This document shows positions 16,988 through 28,357 of a DNA stretch of 64,000 bases, piece after piece (position 1 is the stretch's first letter; each line of letters starts with the position of its first letter). The stretch is from assembly GCA_963675595.2 (NCBI GenBank), contig CAXXLZ010000002.1, forward strand, positions 736,001 to 800,000, given 5' to 3'. The notes beneath the pieces are model-generated. The model saw only the letters and a program-made list of their open reading frames with translations, was not told where the DNA came from and made no database searches. Origin of the DNA: Thermodesulfobacteriota bacterium. Its GTDB lineage: Bacteria; Desulfobacterota; Desulfarculia; JACQYL01. The translations under genes were made by a program, and so were the position numbers.

Positions 16988-18409
16988 CTAGTAGCCTTTG
17001 GGTCTCGGCCAAGTCATTTGAAACTGCTCTCCGCGCTTGACGAATTTGTATCGATGGAAATGGAACCACAAGGAGGCAACGATATAGAACGTCATCATCG
17101 CCAGCAATTGCGTGCCGTAGCCAAGAAATGTGGCGAAGTAGGTGATGCAGCAAAGGATGAACAGGGTGGCGGCCGGAAGCGGATGAAAGGGATGGATATA
17201 CCCTCGTCGGATGGTGCCCAACGGCCAAAGTTTCCTGAAGCGCATCATGTTGATGGGCATGAACGTGTAACCCAGCAGCCCGGACAGAATGGAAAAGGTG
17301 ATCACCTGGTCCAGAAGTCCGGTGAAGGCGAAGGAAACCGCCACGGGCACCAGGAAAAGGATGGACCGGTAGGGGGTCCGGTAGCGGGGATGAACCGCGC
17401 CGAACCATACGGGAAGATACTGGTCTCTTCCCATGGAAAACCACGCGCGCGCCGCGTCGTTGATGGTTCCGTTGGCCGAAGCCACCGCCGAGAAGAGCGT
17501 GCCCACGAACATGCACACGGTGACGAAAGGATTGCCCAGGGCCCGAGCGGCGTCATATTGGGGAATGTAACTGACCCCCAGGTATTCCCAGGGCACAAGA
17601 CCCGACGTCAAATACCAGGTGACCGTTGCGGCGATGAGCAGCGTCATCATACCCGTCATGGTGCCCAGAGGCAGGGAGCGAGCCACCGAGCGCACTTCCT
17701 CGGCTGCTTGGCACGTGCCTTCGATCCCCAGATAATACCAGATGGCGAACTGGAACGCAGCGATCACGCCCAGCCACCCGTAGGGAAGGTCCGTCAGAAT
17801 CTCCCGATGATGCACGAACTCACCCGGATTCCATCCTTTGGCCCCGATGAAAAGAATGAAAATTGAAATGAACGCGATGGCCGTAATCACGAAATTGACC
17901 GTCAAGGTCATGAACACACCGCGATAATTCAACCATGCCAGGATTGCAATGGTAAAGACCACGAAAGGTCTCGGGTCCAGGTCCGGATGGCCGAAATCCC
18001 GGGCCGCTTCCACCAGCAAGTCCCCTACCACCAGTGCGTCCGCGGCTTCCAGCATCGTATAGGCGAATACCAGATAAAGCCCGACGTTGAAGGCCATCAA
18101 CGGCCCGATAATGTGTTTCGCTTGTGAATATTGGCCTCCTGCGGCGGCTACCGTCGAGGTGACTTCGGAGTCGATCATGGCCACGCAGGTATAGAGAAGA
18201 CCGATAAACCAGCAGGCGATGATCGAGCCCAGAGCCCCGCCTTTGCCGATACTGAAGTTGTAACCCATGAATTCGCCGACCAGCACGATGCCGACGCCCA
18301 GCGCCCAGACATGAGCCGGCCCCAACACCTTAAGCAGTGAAATTCGCTCAGGTTTTTCCGCCTGCTTCTTAGCTTTGCCTGCTTCGCTCATATGCTTTCC
18401 CTCGCTCAA
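16988..18409 (-). CDS. APC-superfamily amino acid/amine permease (ethanolamine permease Eat-like)
   Basis: LGPAHVWALGVGIVLVGEFMG, AGGQY, FAIWYYLGIEG...AAEE, VHPRYRTPYR; about 12 TM segments. Confidence 0.88.
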   Translation of the reverse strand: MSEGKHMSEAGKAKKQAEKPERISLLKVLGPAHVWALGVGIVLVGEFMGYNFSIGKGGALGSIIACWFIGLLYTCVAMIDSEVTSTVAAAGGQYSQAKHIIGPLMAFNVGLYLVFAYTMLEAADALVVGDLLVEAARDFGHPDLDPRPFVVFTIAILAWLNYRGVFMTLTVNFVITAIAFISIFILFIGAKGWNPGEFVHHREILTDLPYGWLGVIAAFQFAIWYYLGIEGTCQAAEEVRSVARSLPLGTMTGMMTLLIAATVTWYLTSGLVPWEYLGVSYIPQYDAARALGNPFVTVCMFVGTLFSAVASANGTINDAARAWFSMGRDQYLPVWFGAVHPRYRTPYRSILFLVPVAVSFAFTGLLDQVITFSILSGLLGYTFMPINMMRFRKLWPLGTIRRGYIHPFHPLPAATLFILCCITYFATFLGYGTQLLAMMTFYIVASLWFHFHRYKFVKRGEQFQMTWPRPKGY

Positions 18410-18618
18410 TTCTTGGACCCGGAACCGCCGGCTTGTTTGGCACGTTCCGCAGCGTACATTTTCTCCTGTTCCGCAATCTCGTCATGGCCTTCACGCGAAC
18501 TCAGCAGGAAGTCTTCTTCGAATTCCTTGTTGGTTTTCATGAAGTCCATCAGCATCCAAAACAATAGGAGCGCCGCAATGATCCAACAGGCGTACCCCAG
18601 AATATCGAAAACGTCCAT
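18406..18618 (-). CDS. Small single-TM protein (permease cassette)
   Basis: GGAGCAGGAG RBS; TM segment then DFMKTNKEFEEDFLLSSREG; stop overlaps the permease start. Confidence 0.7.
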   Translation of the reverse strand: MDVFDILGYACWIIAALLLFWMLMDFMKTNKEFEEDFLLSSREGHDEIAEQEKMYAAERAKQAGGSGSKN

Positions 18619-18683
18619 TCTCCTGCTCCTCTTTGTTAAAGCTGTCGTCCCGCAATGACGTTAAGAAGACTTAGCGCGGGGAA

Positions 18684-19064
18684 TCAGTCAAATCTTTCGT
18701 GTATGACGTCCCGGTATTCCTTATCGGACAGACGAAGCATAAGAATGAAATAACCAAGGATGACCACTGCTGTGATGGCCAAAGTTAGGGGATCAATGCT
18801 GTAATCGAATCGAGCCGTTATATACTCCGCAGCGTCCTCGACACTCATTCCCAGTTTTTCCCATTGTGCCTGCATGGTTGGATTTTGACCCAGGTTTTCC
18901 CAGGTGAGATTTTCGGGAACGGAACTGACGGTTCGTCCGGCTGTGAGACCGAGCAGGATCGGAAGAAGGAGAACCGCGTAAATGATGATTAGGAGAAAAA
19001 GCGAGTCGAATATTTGACCTTGTCCCGTCTGTTTTGGTGGTTCGTAGACTTTCTTCGCAACCAT
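18684..19064 (-). CDS. Small two-TM protein (permease cassette)
   Basis: PPKQTGQGQIFD, TM, TWENLGQNPTMQAQWEKLG, TM, LSDKEYRDVI.ERF; RBS present. Confidence 0.72.
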   Translation of the reverse strand: MVAKKVYEPPKQTGQGQIFDSLFLLIIIYAVLLLPILLGLTAGRTVSSVPENLTWENLGQNPTMQAQWEKLGMSVEDAAEYITARFDYSIDPLTLAITAVVILGYFILMLRLSDKEYRDVIHERFD

Positions 19065-19105
19065 TCCTAACGACCTCCTATGATAGATGTCCTAATCATA
19101 CTTAA

Positions 19106-19435
19106 CTACCCTCGCTTGGACGCACGATACTGATCCAAATGGCGAAGATCCACAGTATAAATGAACTCTTTATCGTGGCTGTAATGACGAACCATCGCAG
19201 AAATGGAGGCGGTATTATAAACACACACAAGCAAACCACCAATAATCAGCGCCAGATTCACATCGCCGGAAGCGAACGGTGAAACAGACGTAATCATGAA
19301 GTAAACAAAGGCATAGGTGATCCACAGCCAAACCACGAATCCCCATCCGAATACAATGTCATAGGTGAACATCTTGTTGATTCTGGACTTAAACTGTTCT
19401 GACTTGTAATAAGCTTGATCATAATTCCCTGCCAT
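19106..19435 (-). CDS. Small two-TM protein (permease cassette, first gene)
   Basis: RINKMF..D, 2 TM segments, YNTASISAMVRHYSHDKEFIYTVDLRHLD; strong GGAGGG RBS. Confidence 0.72.
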   Translation of the reverse strand: MAGNYDQAYYKSEQFKSRINKMFTYDIVFGWGFVVWLWITYAFVYFMITSVSPFASGDVNLALIIGGLLVCVYNTASISAMVRHYSHDKEFIYTVDLRHLDQYRASKRG

Positions 19436-20374
19436 AATCCCTCCTTCCTCACCTCCGCTGTAAATTAAAACTTACTCATCCGCCAACAACCAACCCGAAA
19501 CCTCCACACACCTCCACGATGCCGCAAGCCCTTGCCGGCCGGTCAGAAATATAGAATGAAGGGACTCGCGAAACGAGGAACGCGGCGTACATCTTTAAGC
19601 CACACTTTATTCAAAGGCTTTTCAGTCTGTCAAGATGAAAAACCACGTCCTAATTTTCTCCAATTTTGTTAACAGGTTTCATCTCTTCTGAAGGTACGGC
19701 GCACCCATGGTTCCCATTAGGTTCGGCGCTCCGCTTAATCTCAGGTAACAATAACAGCGGAATATCCCAATAAATCCTCGTAAGTTGCGAGCCTTCGTCC
19801 ACTAAGCTGATTTTTTTCCACGAGTCGGCCGACGGAGGATATTAGTCCAGATTTATTTTTGGCTTCACCAAAAGGTGTGACCTGATGTATAAAGATTTCT
19901 CTTACCTGTGGGCGTTCTTCAATGGTCGGACGACCTTTTTGGAAAACTCCGGGGAGGACTTTGGAAGCCCCACTAACAAGAATCGGGGATGAGGCCGATG
20001 CTTGCCCGAGGGAACCGGGAGCGTCATTGCAAAGAACTCCTCGGAGGACCGAGGGAATTCCGGGCCTCAAGACCCGCGACTCCCCGCCGATGTTCGATGA
20101 AGGCGAAAAGGCGGGAACCAGGAGGGACGTTGTCGAGCCCGAGGGACTTTTCGTTCCGCCGGTGCGTCGACCTGATTCCACGGAGGCCGGCGTTGGCGTT
20201 GTCCGGAATATTCATATCTGCTGCGGAGGGACTCGCTCAGCGAGTCCGGTCAATCCGCCAACGGATTCGGCTGAAAAACGCAAGGGCGCCGAGGACTCGT
20301 GCCGCGTATTTCGCCCTTGACCTCTCAGGGGAATCGGAACAGGCGGCTTGCGGTTCCGGGAACAGGGGACGCTG

Positions 20375-21073
20375 ATGCAAAACGGGCCTATTCTTCTGGT
20401 GGTGCTCCTGGTCGTAATTCTCGCGATCCTTTACAGGCGCAATCGGAACAGAATCAGGGAAGAGCGGGGGGCAATGTTCAACGAGTCCCTGTCCTTGTTC
20501 GATTCTTGCCGTGTAACTCAGGACGGCACCTATTTCCCTGTCTTGGAGGGACGATATCGAGATCACGATTTCAAGATTGAATTGATCCTGGACAGCATCG
20601 TGATGCGGCAGATTCCGTCCCTTTGGATGTTGGTTTCTTTGCGTGCCCCGGTCCCCTATCGGGGCGTGGTGGATTTCCTGGTCCGCCCCAAGAACACGGA
20701 ATTTTACTCCCCGACGTCGAAGCTCAAGTTCGACCTGATCATCCCCGACAATTGGCCCCAGCATGCCGTGCTAAGAACCGACGACCCGGACCGTCTGCCC
20801 CCCAAGGAACTCATTGATCCCCACATGAACATTTTTCAGGATCTCAAGGCCAAAGAACTCTTGGTGACCCCCAATGGAGTTCGCATCGTCTATCTTGCCA
20901 AAAATGCGGTGAGGGCTCACTATATGGTTCTCAGACAGGCGCATTTCGAAAATCTCTCCCTCTCTCCCAGTCTGGTGCGCGCTTTGATGGACCGGACCAT
21001 CGCTCTTTACGAAGACCTATCTGCAGGACAGTCCCCACCGCTTACTGCGGCGGAGCCTCCAGACGTGGAATGA
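20375..21073 (+). CDS. Hypothetical membrane-anchored protein, divergent from the permease cassette
   Basis: N-terminal TM (ILLVVLLVVILAIL) followed by basic residues, then a globular domain; GGGGA RBS. Confidence 0.65.
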   Translation: MQNGPILLVVLLVVILAILYRRNRNRIREERGAMFNESLSLFDSCRVTQDGTYFPVLEGRYRDHDFKIELILDSIVMRQIPSLWMLVSLRAPVPYRGVVDFLVRPKNTEFYSPTSKLKFDLIIPDNWPQHAVLRTDDPDRLPPKELIDPHMNIFQDLKAKELLVTPNGVRIVYLAKNAVRAHYMVLRQAHFENLSLSPSLVRALMDRTIALYEDLSAGQSPPLTAAEPPDVE

Positions 21074-21155
21074 AGGCGTAGGGTTCCCGTCCGGACTTCC
21101 CTCGGCTCTCACCCCACGCCCCCCGAGGCGAGCCGGTGCCGTGCATTTCTTCGAG

Positions 21156-22637
21156 TCAGCCGCCGTGATCCGGGGAGTATTTCATTAGATACTCCTCCAT
21201 GCGGAGTTTCCTTCGTGCGTTGTTGGAGCTCATGTATCGAACTTTGCCGAAAATCTTCCTTTCCGGCCCCCATGGCCGGTCATAGCGTCCCAGAATCCAG
21301 AAGAGTCCCGTGTAGGAGTTGGGATCCCTGCCGTCAAGAGCGTATCGGTTGTTGAGTTCCACGAGGAAGGTCGAGGCCTCCTCGGGAGTCTCCGTCCATT
21401 CGAGGATTCGCTTTCCCCAAACCATGCGCAGGTAGTTGTGAATCCTTCCCTCGCGCAGGAGTTGGACCTGCGCGGCATTCCAGACCGGATCTCCGGTTCG
21501 CGCCGACGCGAGCTCATCCAAGGAATATATTCGGGGTCTTGGGTCTCGTGAGTGCTTTTTCAGAGTGTCTCGGGCCCATTCCGGCAGGGATCCGTATTCC
21601 GCGTAATCTTCTCGGTGGAAACAGAAGTTGAAGCCCAACTCACGCCAAGTGACCAGCTGGTCCAGAAACGCTTCGGCCGAAGGAGACATCCCCCACCAAC
21701 CTTCCCTCTTTCCCCGGGCGGTTCTTCCGAGCAGATCAGGAAACCACTCCTCCCGTTCCGCCAAAGCGTGAAAGACCTCGTGACTCGAAATATGGCCGAA
21801 ATGAAGGTACGGAGACAGCCCGCTGCATGCCTCTTCGTCGGGATGGTTGTGATCTTCGGCGTATCGATCCAGCCCGAAAGCCAGAAAATCGTCAAGCGCC
21901 GTGACCGCCGCGTTTGAGCCCCCCTCCGGACCTTCCGCCAAGGGAGTGGAATGGTCCACCGGTAGACTGGAAACCAACGAGGGATAATCTTCTATACTTT
22001 CAGGCGAAGATGGCGGCCACCGGTCGCGAATGCCCATGGGCACTTGGTCGAGCAAGGGAAGCTTCAGGGACGACAAAGGGTTCGGCACGGGAGCGTTGCT
22101 CAAATGAAAGGGAAGAATCCTCTGGAGTTGACTCCTGAAGCCGTGGGCCGTTGGAAAGCACCTCTCGGCGGCTTTCAGGGGAAGCAGCCCGTTGGAGTCT
22201 ACCGCCTCAAGCTTTACCGATACCTGCCGTGCGGCGGATTCGATCATTCTCGGAAGAAAGAAGCAGGGGAAATCGTCCGTCACCACGACACAGGCCTCTT
22301 CCGCAAGCGCCGGTAGAAGCCCTTTTCCCGCTCCCTCTGAAGGCTCGAAATAGGGATAGTAGGTTGCCGCGGATTCGGCGCATATTCGGCCGTTGTCGCG
22401 CATGCCGGCTGCTACGAATGCGTGAAGGCGGTCACTCGCCCAAGGATATCCTACGCGAAGAGCTTCGAGAATCAGCAACGGCTTTCGCAGTTCCTCCGCC
22501 CACCAAATCGCGCGATCCAGGCTGAAGTTCCATCGCAACCGTCTGGATGAGATCATCCAGTATAGGACGTAGACGCCTTCGGGGCGAATCGGCGCTTTAT
22601 TGCACGTTCTGATTCGTATATCGGGCGTCTCCGTAAT
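21156..22637 (-). CDS. phr: Class II CPD DNA photolyase (true start probably upstream of the first ATG)
   Basis: GVYVLYWM, SGLSPYLHFGHIS, WRELGFNFC, IHNYLRMVWGKRILEW, YALDGRDPNSY, ERKIFGKVRYM. Confidence 0.9.
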   Translation of the reverse strand: MTETPDIRIRTCNKAPIRPEGVYVLYWMISSRRLRWNFSLDRAIWWAEELRKPLLILEALRVGYPWASDRLHAFVAAGMRDNGRICAESAATYYPYFEPSEGAGKGLLPALAEEACVVVTDDFPCFFLPRMIESAARQVSVKLEAVDSNGLLPLKAAERCFPTAHGFRSQLQRILPFHLSNAPVPNPLSSLKLPLLDQVPMGIRDRWPPSSPESIEDYPSLVSSLPVDHSTPLAEGPEGGSNAAVTALDDFLAFGLDRYAEDHNHPDEEACSGLSPYLHFGHISSHEVFHALAEREEWFPDLLGRTARGKREGWWGMSPSAEAFLDQLVTWRELGFNFCFHREDYAEYGSLPEWARDTLKKHSRDPRPRIYSLDELASARTGDPVWNAAQVQLLREGRIHNYLRMVWGKRILEWTETPEEASTFLVELNNRYALDGRDPNSYTGLFWILGRYDRPWGPERKIFGKVRYMSSNNARRKLRMEEYLMKYSPDHGG

Positions 22638-22668
22638 ATGTCTCCCCGTTTAAGGCGGAAATTCGCCT

Positions 22669-23445
22669 TCACTTGTGTTTCCAGACCGGATCCCGCTTTT
22701 CCAGGAAGGCCCCGATCCCCTCGAACGCATCCTGGTTGAGCAAATCAAAGGCTATAATCTCCCGCGCGTAGTCCAACGCACGATCTTCATCCATTTCTAT
22801 CTGTCGATAAAACGCCGCCTTGCCGGAACGAACCACATGCCTGCTGTAACCCGCGATGGTTCGAGCCATATCAAGTGTGACCTCGTCCAATTGTTCATTG
22901 GAGGTCACGCGGCTCACCAAGCCGTACTGAAGCGCTTCCGCCGCTGAAAGAATCCGGCCGGTCATGAGCATGTCCAAGGCGATCTTCCTGCCCACGCAAC
23001 GCGTCAAAGGAATCATGGGGGTCGTGCAGAACAGCCCGATTTTGACTCCGGGGGTCGCGAACCGTGCCCCTTCTTCCGCAACCACCAAATCGCAGGTCGC
23101 GACCAGTTGGCATCCCGCCGCAAATGCCGCTCCCCGTACCGACGCAATCACCGGCATGGGGAGTGCGTGAAGGGCCTCCATCATGTTTCCACAGCACGTG
23201 AATACGGTACGGTAATAGGAGGGGTCGCCGTCGACCAATTCTTTGAGCAAGTGACCGGATGAAAAATGTTTGCCCGCTCCTTTGATGACCAACGCCGAAA
23301 CGTCTTCCCGAGAGGACAGTTCTTTCAGTACCTCTTGCACCTCCCGGATAAGTTCCAGGGAAAGAGTGTTGGCCGAGTCCGGTCTGTTCAGGATCAATGT
23401 GGCCAGCGAGTCTTGAACGGAATACAGGATATGCTCAAAAGTCAT
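22669..23445 (-). CDS. Enoyl-CoA hydratase/crotonase family protein
   Basis: LNRPDSANTLS, FSSGH, AAGCQLVATCDL, FATPGVKIGLFCTTP, EGIGAFLEKRDP; GGAGG RBS before ATG 23445. Confidence 0.9.
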   Translation of the reverse strand: MTFEHILYSVQDSLATLILNRPDSANTLSLELIREVQEVLKELSSREDVSALVIKGAGKHFSSGHLLKELVDGDPSYYRTVFTCCGNMMEALHALPMPVIASVRGAAFAAGCQLVATCDLVVAEEGARFATPGVKIGLFCTTPMIPLTRCVGRKIALDMLMTGRILSAAEALQYGLVSRVTSNEQLDEVTLDMARTIAGYSRHVVRSGKAAFYRQIEMDEDRALDYAREIIAFDLLNQDAFEGIGAFLEKRDPVWKHK

Positions 23446-23851
23446 GATGCCTCCTTCCATCAGGGCGTGGACAGTCGAGTCGCTTCGCGGCGATCCAGGG
23501 TTTGCCCCAACGAACAAAGTCATCGGCGCCTCGAAGCCCACCGAAGGAGGTCTTGAGAAGCCGTATCAATAACGCTCAACTGATCGTCCGGTTGATCAAC
23601 CGACGCTACGGGTCTCGCGACACGTGGTAGCCCAATCGGCTCGGTTTGGACGAACTCATTTGATTTGCGATCGGATAAAACCATCAAAAGAATACTCTTC
23701 GCATCGTTCCAAGTAAACCTCGATGTCGCTGCGAGGACGAAAGGATCTCGGCACTTATCTCACGACGATTTATGTTGCCGCACACAACTCCGAAAGGTAC
23801 TATTTATAAATCAAGTCGTCCACGGCCGAACACCGATGACCGGAGCAAACC

Positions 23852-24343
23852 GTGATTCCCGAAATCCGCAAGATACTCTACTCTACGGACCTGTCGCCCA
23901 ACGCCCGTCACGCTTTCAGTTACGCGGCGAGCATCGCCAACCGCTACGGAGCCGGAATCACGATTCTCCATGTAATGGAGGAACCGTCCCAATTCTCCGA
24001 CAGCCTGGTGGTCAACATCTTGGGCGGCAACAGGTGGGGAGAGTTGAGAAAAGCTCATGAGCTCAGAGTGTTGGAGACCGTTAAGCAGCGTCTGGAGGCG
24101 TTCTGCGAAGAAACGGCGGAAGAGTTGCCGTCTTGCCCTTTTCTCACGGACGACATCATCATCCGGATCGGCAACCCGGTGGAGGAGATCGTTAGAATAG
24201 CATCCGGCGATGAGTTCGATTTGGTGGTCATAGGTGCGCACGGCCATGAAGGTCTCACGGACGCCATGATGGGCAGTACGGCCGCCAGGGTGCTCAGGAG
24301 ATGCCGGACCCCCGTCTTGCTGGTGCGTCTTCCGGAGAATTGA
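23852..24343 (+). CDS. Universal stress protein (UspA family)
   Basis: KILYSTDLS...GNPVEEIV...DLVVIGAHGH...MGSTAARVLRRCRTPVLLV. Confidence 0.92.
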   Translation: MIPEIRKILYSTDLSPNARHAFSYAASIANRYGAGITILHVMEEPSQFSDSLVVNILGGNRWGELRKAHELRVLETVKQRLEAFCEETAEELPSCPFLTDDIIIRIGNPVEEIVRIASGDEFDLVVIGAHGHEGLTDAMMGSTAARVLRRCRTPVLLVRLPEN

Positions 24344-24448
24344 ACGTTTTTAAAAAGCCTTCCGTTGCCTGCTGCTTCAACAGACGATTTCCCACAATCA
24401 TCGGACCTCGACGTTTTTATCCGATTTCTTTCCGACACGGAGCGTAAC

Positions 24449-25105
24449 TTGACGCAAATCGATATACACCGAGCCATTCCCATCCTTCGGGATTTCGCTC
24501 GGAAGCTTCGAATTCCCGCCGTTGGGAAAATAGCCGAGAGGCGACGCGACCCATTCCGCGTACTCATTTCCTGTCTCCTCAGTCTCCGCACCCAGGACAA
24601 AACCACACTCCAGGCAAGCCTGAATCTGTTCGAGAAAGCGGATACGCCGGAAGGCATCCTCTCCCTGTCGGAAGAAGAAATCCGAGAAACAATCTATCCA
24701 GTGGGATTCTATCGAAGAAAGGCGAAGACTCTCATCGAAGTCAGCAGGGACCTCGTGGGTCGGTTTCAGGGGAGGGTCCCCAAAACCCTGGAAGAGCTTC
24801 TCACTCTGAAGGGAGTGGGCAGAAAAACGGCCAATCTAGTACTGACGGTAGCCTATGAACTGCCGGGAATCTGCGTGGACACACACGTACACAGAATCAG
24901 CAACCGGTGGGGATACGTGAAAACCAAAGACCCGGACGCCACTGAGACGGCCCTCAGACGAAAGCTGCCCCGGGAGTACTGGATCGAACTCAACGACCTG
25001 CTGGTGCCCTTCGGTCAATTCGTGTGTAAGCCCATCTCTCCGCTTTGCAGCCAGTGCCCCATCGGGAAGCTATGCCCGAGAATCGGAGTCGAACGAAGCC
25101 GCTGA
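24449..25105 (+). CDS. nth: Endonuclease III
   Basis: [16 protein letters not shown], Hh[24 protein letters not shown], FeS motif [17 protein letters not shown]; start (TTG) uncertain. Confidence 0.93.
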   Translation: MTQIDIHRAIPILRDFARKLRIPAVGKIAERRRDPFRVLISCLLSLRTQDKTTLQASLNLFEKADTPEGILSLSEEEIRETIYPVGFYRRKAKTLIEVSRDLVGRFQGRVPKTLEELLTLKGVGRKTANLVLTVAYELPGICVDTHVHRISNRWGYVKTKDPDATETALRRKLPREYWIELNDLLVPFGQFVCKPISPLCSQCPIGKLCPRIGVERSR

Positions 25106-25285
25106 AGGCAGTGGAAGGAGTTGCCGATCCGAATGGGCGTGGCGGCTTCCAGGCCGGGGATCATCAGGTCCGACTTAACGAGAACTCCGACCGATCTCCT
25201 GGCCGCTTACCGCACAGCTGTGCGGCAAAAAAGAAGTCACTGTCGGCACGTTTCCGTCAAATCTCCGAGAAGGTTGGCCCACGTC

Positions 25286-25759
25286 TCAGCTCAGCAGGGC
25301 GCCCTGCTCGAATTTCATGACTTCAACACGGGATCGGAGGAGAGCATCCCGGGCCAGTTCATCCACGGCATCCTCTTGCTCATAGTCCGTCTGAAGGTTC
25401 TCCAGGAGTTCGATTTCCCGCTTCAGCGCCTCCACCGTGGGCTCCATGGACTTCAACGAACGCGTGGGGTCCAGAAGTTCGCTCTGATACTGTTCCAAGA
25501 GGTCCAGAATGGTCTCCACTTGGCCCATGAGACCCGTTCTCAGCGTGTCCTCGGAACCGTCGATCGACCCCAGACCGGGTAACGCGGAGACGTTCCTGGG
25601 CATTCCCAGCGCTCCCGTCCCAGTGGTCGGACCGGTCGCGTCTTTGCCTATCACGCTCTTCTCAAGCAGGCTTTGAAAAGTATCGCCCGAAGCTTCACTG
25701 TTTTTCTTTCGATCCGCTTCGATTTGCTGCTGAATTCGTAGTAGTTCTTCTATTTTCAT
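25286..25759 (-). CDS. Hypothetical protein with sigma28-type promoter
   Basis: MKIEELLRIQQQ...FQSLLEK...LDLLEQYQSELLDP..SLKSMEP; coiled-coil-like. Confidence 0.65.
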   Translation of the reverse strand: MKIEELLRIQQQIEADRKKNSEASGDTFQSLLEKSVIGKDATGPTTGTGALGMPRNVSALPGLGSIDGSEDTLRTGLMGQVETILDLLEQYQSELLDPTRSLKSMEPTVEALKREIELLENLQTDYEQEDAVDELARDALLRSRVEVMKFEQGALLS

Positions 25760-25851
25760 AACTTCTACCCCGCCTGATTGGATGAACCGACTGCTCGTAA
25801 TCATTGAACAGCGCCCGGGCGCCTTCCGTTCGCAGCGGCCTATGATTTATC

Positions 25852-25878
25852 AAATCGGCAGAAATACTTCAATCTTGA
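25852..25878 (-). promoter_or_regulatory. Putative sigma28 (FliA) promoter
   Basis: TCAA-N15-GCCGATTT on the minus strand. Confidence 0.6.
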
Positions 25879-25946
25879 GCTCTAAATCGGCGAAAACGTT
25901 TTCGTTTAATTCCCGCCCTAACCACCTCCCTCGGACGGCTCTCGGC

Positions 25947-26408
25947 TTATTGGTCGAAATTGACCTCCACCAGGAAGCTGCCGAACTCCGTGTCGAAGGG
26001 AATGGCGACGCACGGACCATTATTGATGTGCCTGATGTTGTGACCCGGACCGGAAATCACCGTGGGCAAAGCCGCTTTCAGGTTGATTCCCATTTCGTCC
26101 AGTTTTCTACGGGCGTCACCCGAGATCATGTTCGTGATCTCACCCACGGCGTCCCTCACCTCGTCCGTGATGCCGTCCACCGCTTCACCAAACATGTTGC
26201 CCACGACTTTTTCTATGCAGGCTTGAGAAAAGGTAATGGAAAGCGATCCGTTGGTTTCCCCGGTAATTCCAATGATTCCGGTGATGTCTCCGATGGCGGT
26301 TTTGTCCTTTTTCAGAAAAGGCTTGCCGGGCCTGGCTTCCACAAAAGCCATGGTGCTGAGTACGTTAACGGCAGCATTCAGGAACGGATTGATCATCTCC
26401 ACTTTCAT
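25947..26408 (-). CDS. cheX: Chemotaxis phosphatase CheX
   Basis: INPFLNAAVNVLSTM, GDITGIIGITG, DAVGEITNMISG, PTVISG. Confidence 0.92.
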   Translation of the reverse strand: MKVEMINPFLNAAVNVLSTMAFVEARPGKPFLKKDKTAIGDITGIIGITGETNGSLSITFSQACIEKVVGNMFGEAVDGITDEVRDAVGEITNMISGDARRKLDEMGINLKAALPTVISGPGHNIRHINNGPCVAIPFDTEFGSFLVEVNFDQ

Positions 26409-26457
26409 TTCTGCACACCTTTCATACCTTTGCCGAACGCCGGTATCCGGATGCCGA

Positions 26458-28322
<1,865 letters not shown>

Positions 28323-28357
28323 GAAGATCGATTTCCGAGATGTCCGACGCCGGTCCG

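Noticed and set aside
19520-19540. Possible sigma54 promoter (CGGCAAGGGCTTGC) for the permease cassette
   Set aside because: GG-GC spacing is 9 nt rather than the required 10.
19741-20340. Several short ORFs in the divergent intergenic region
   Set aside because: No recognisable motifs or RBS, and mutually overlapping frames; no riboswitch consensus was recognised either.
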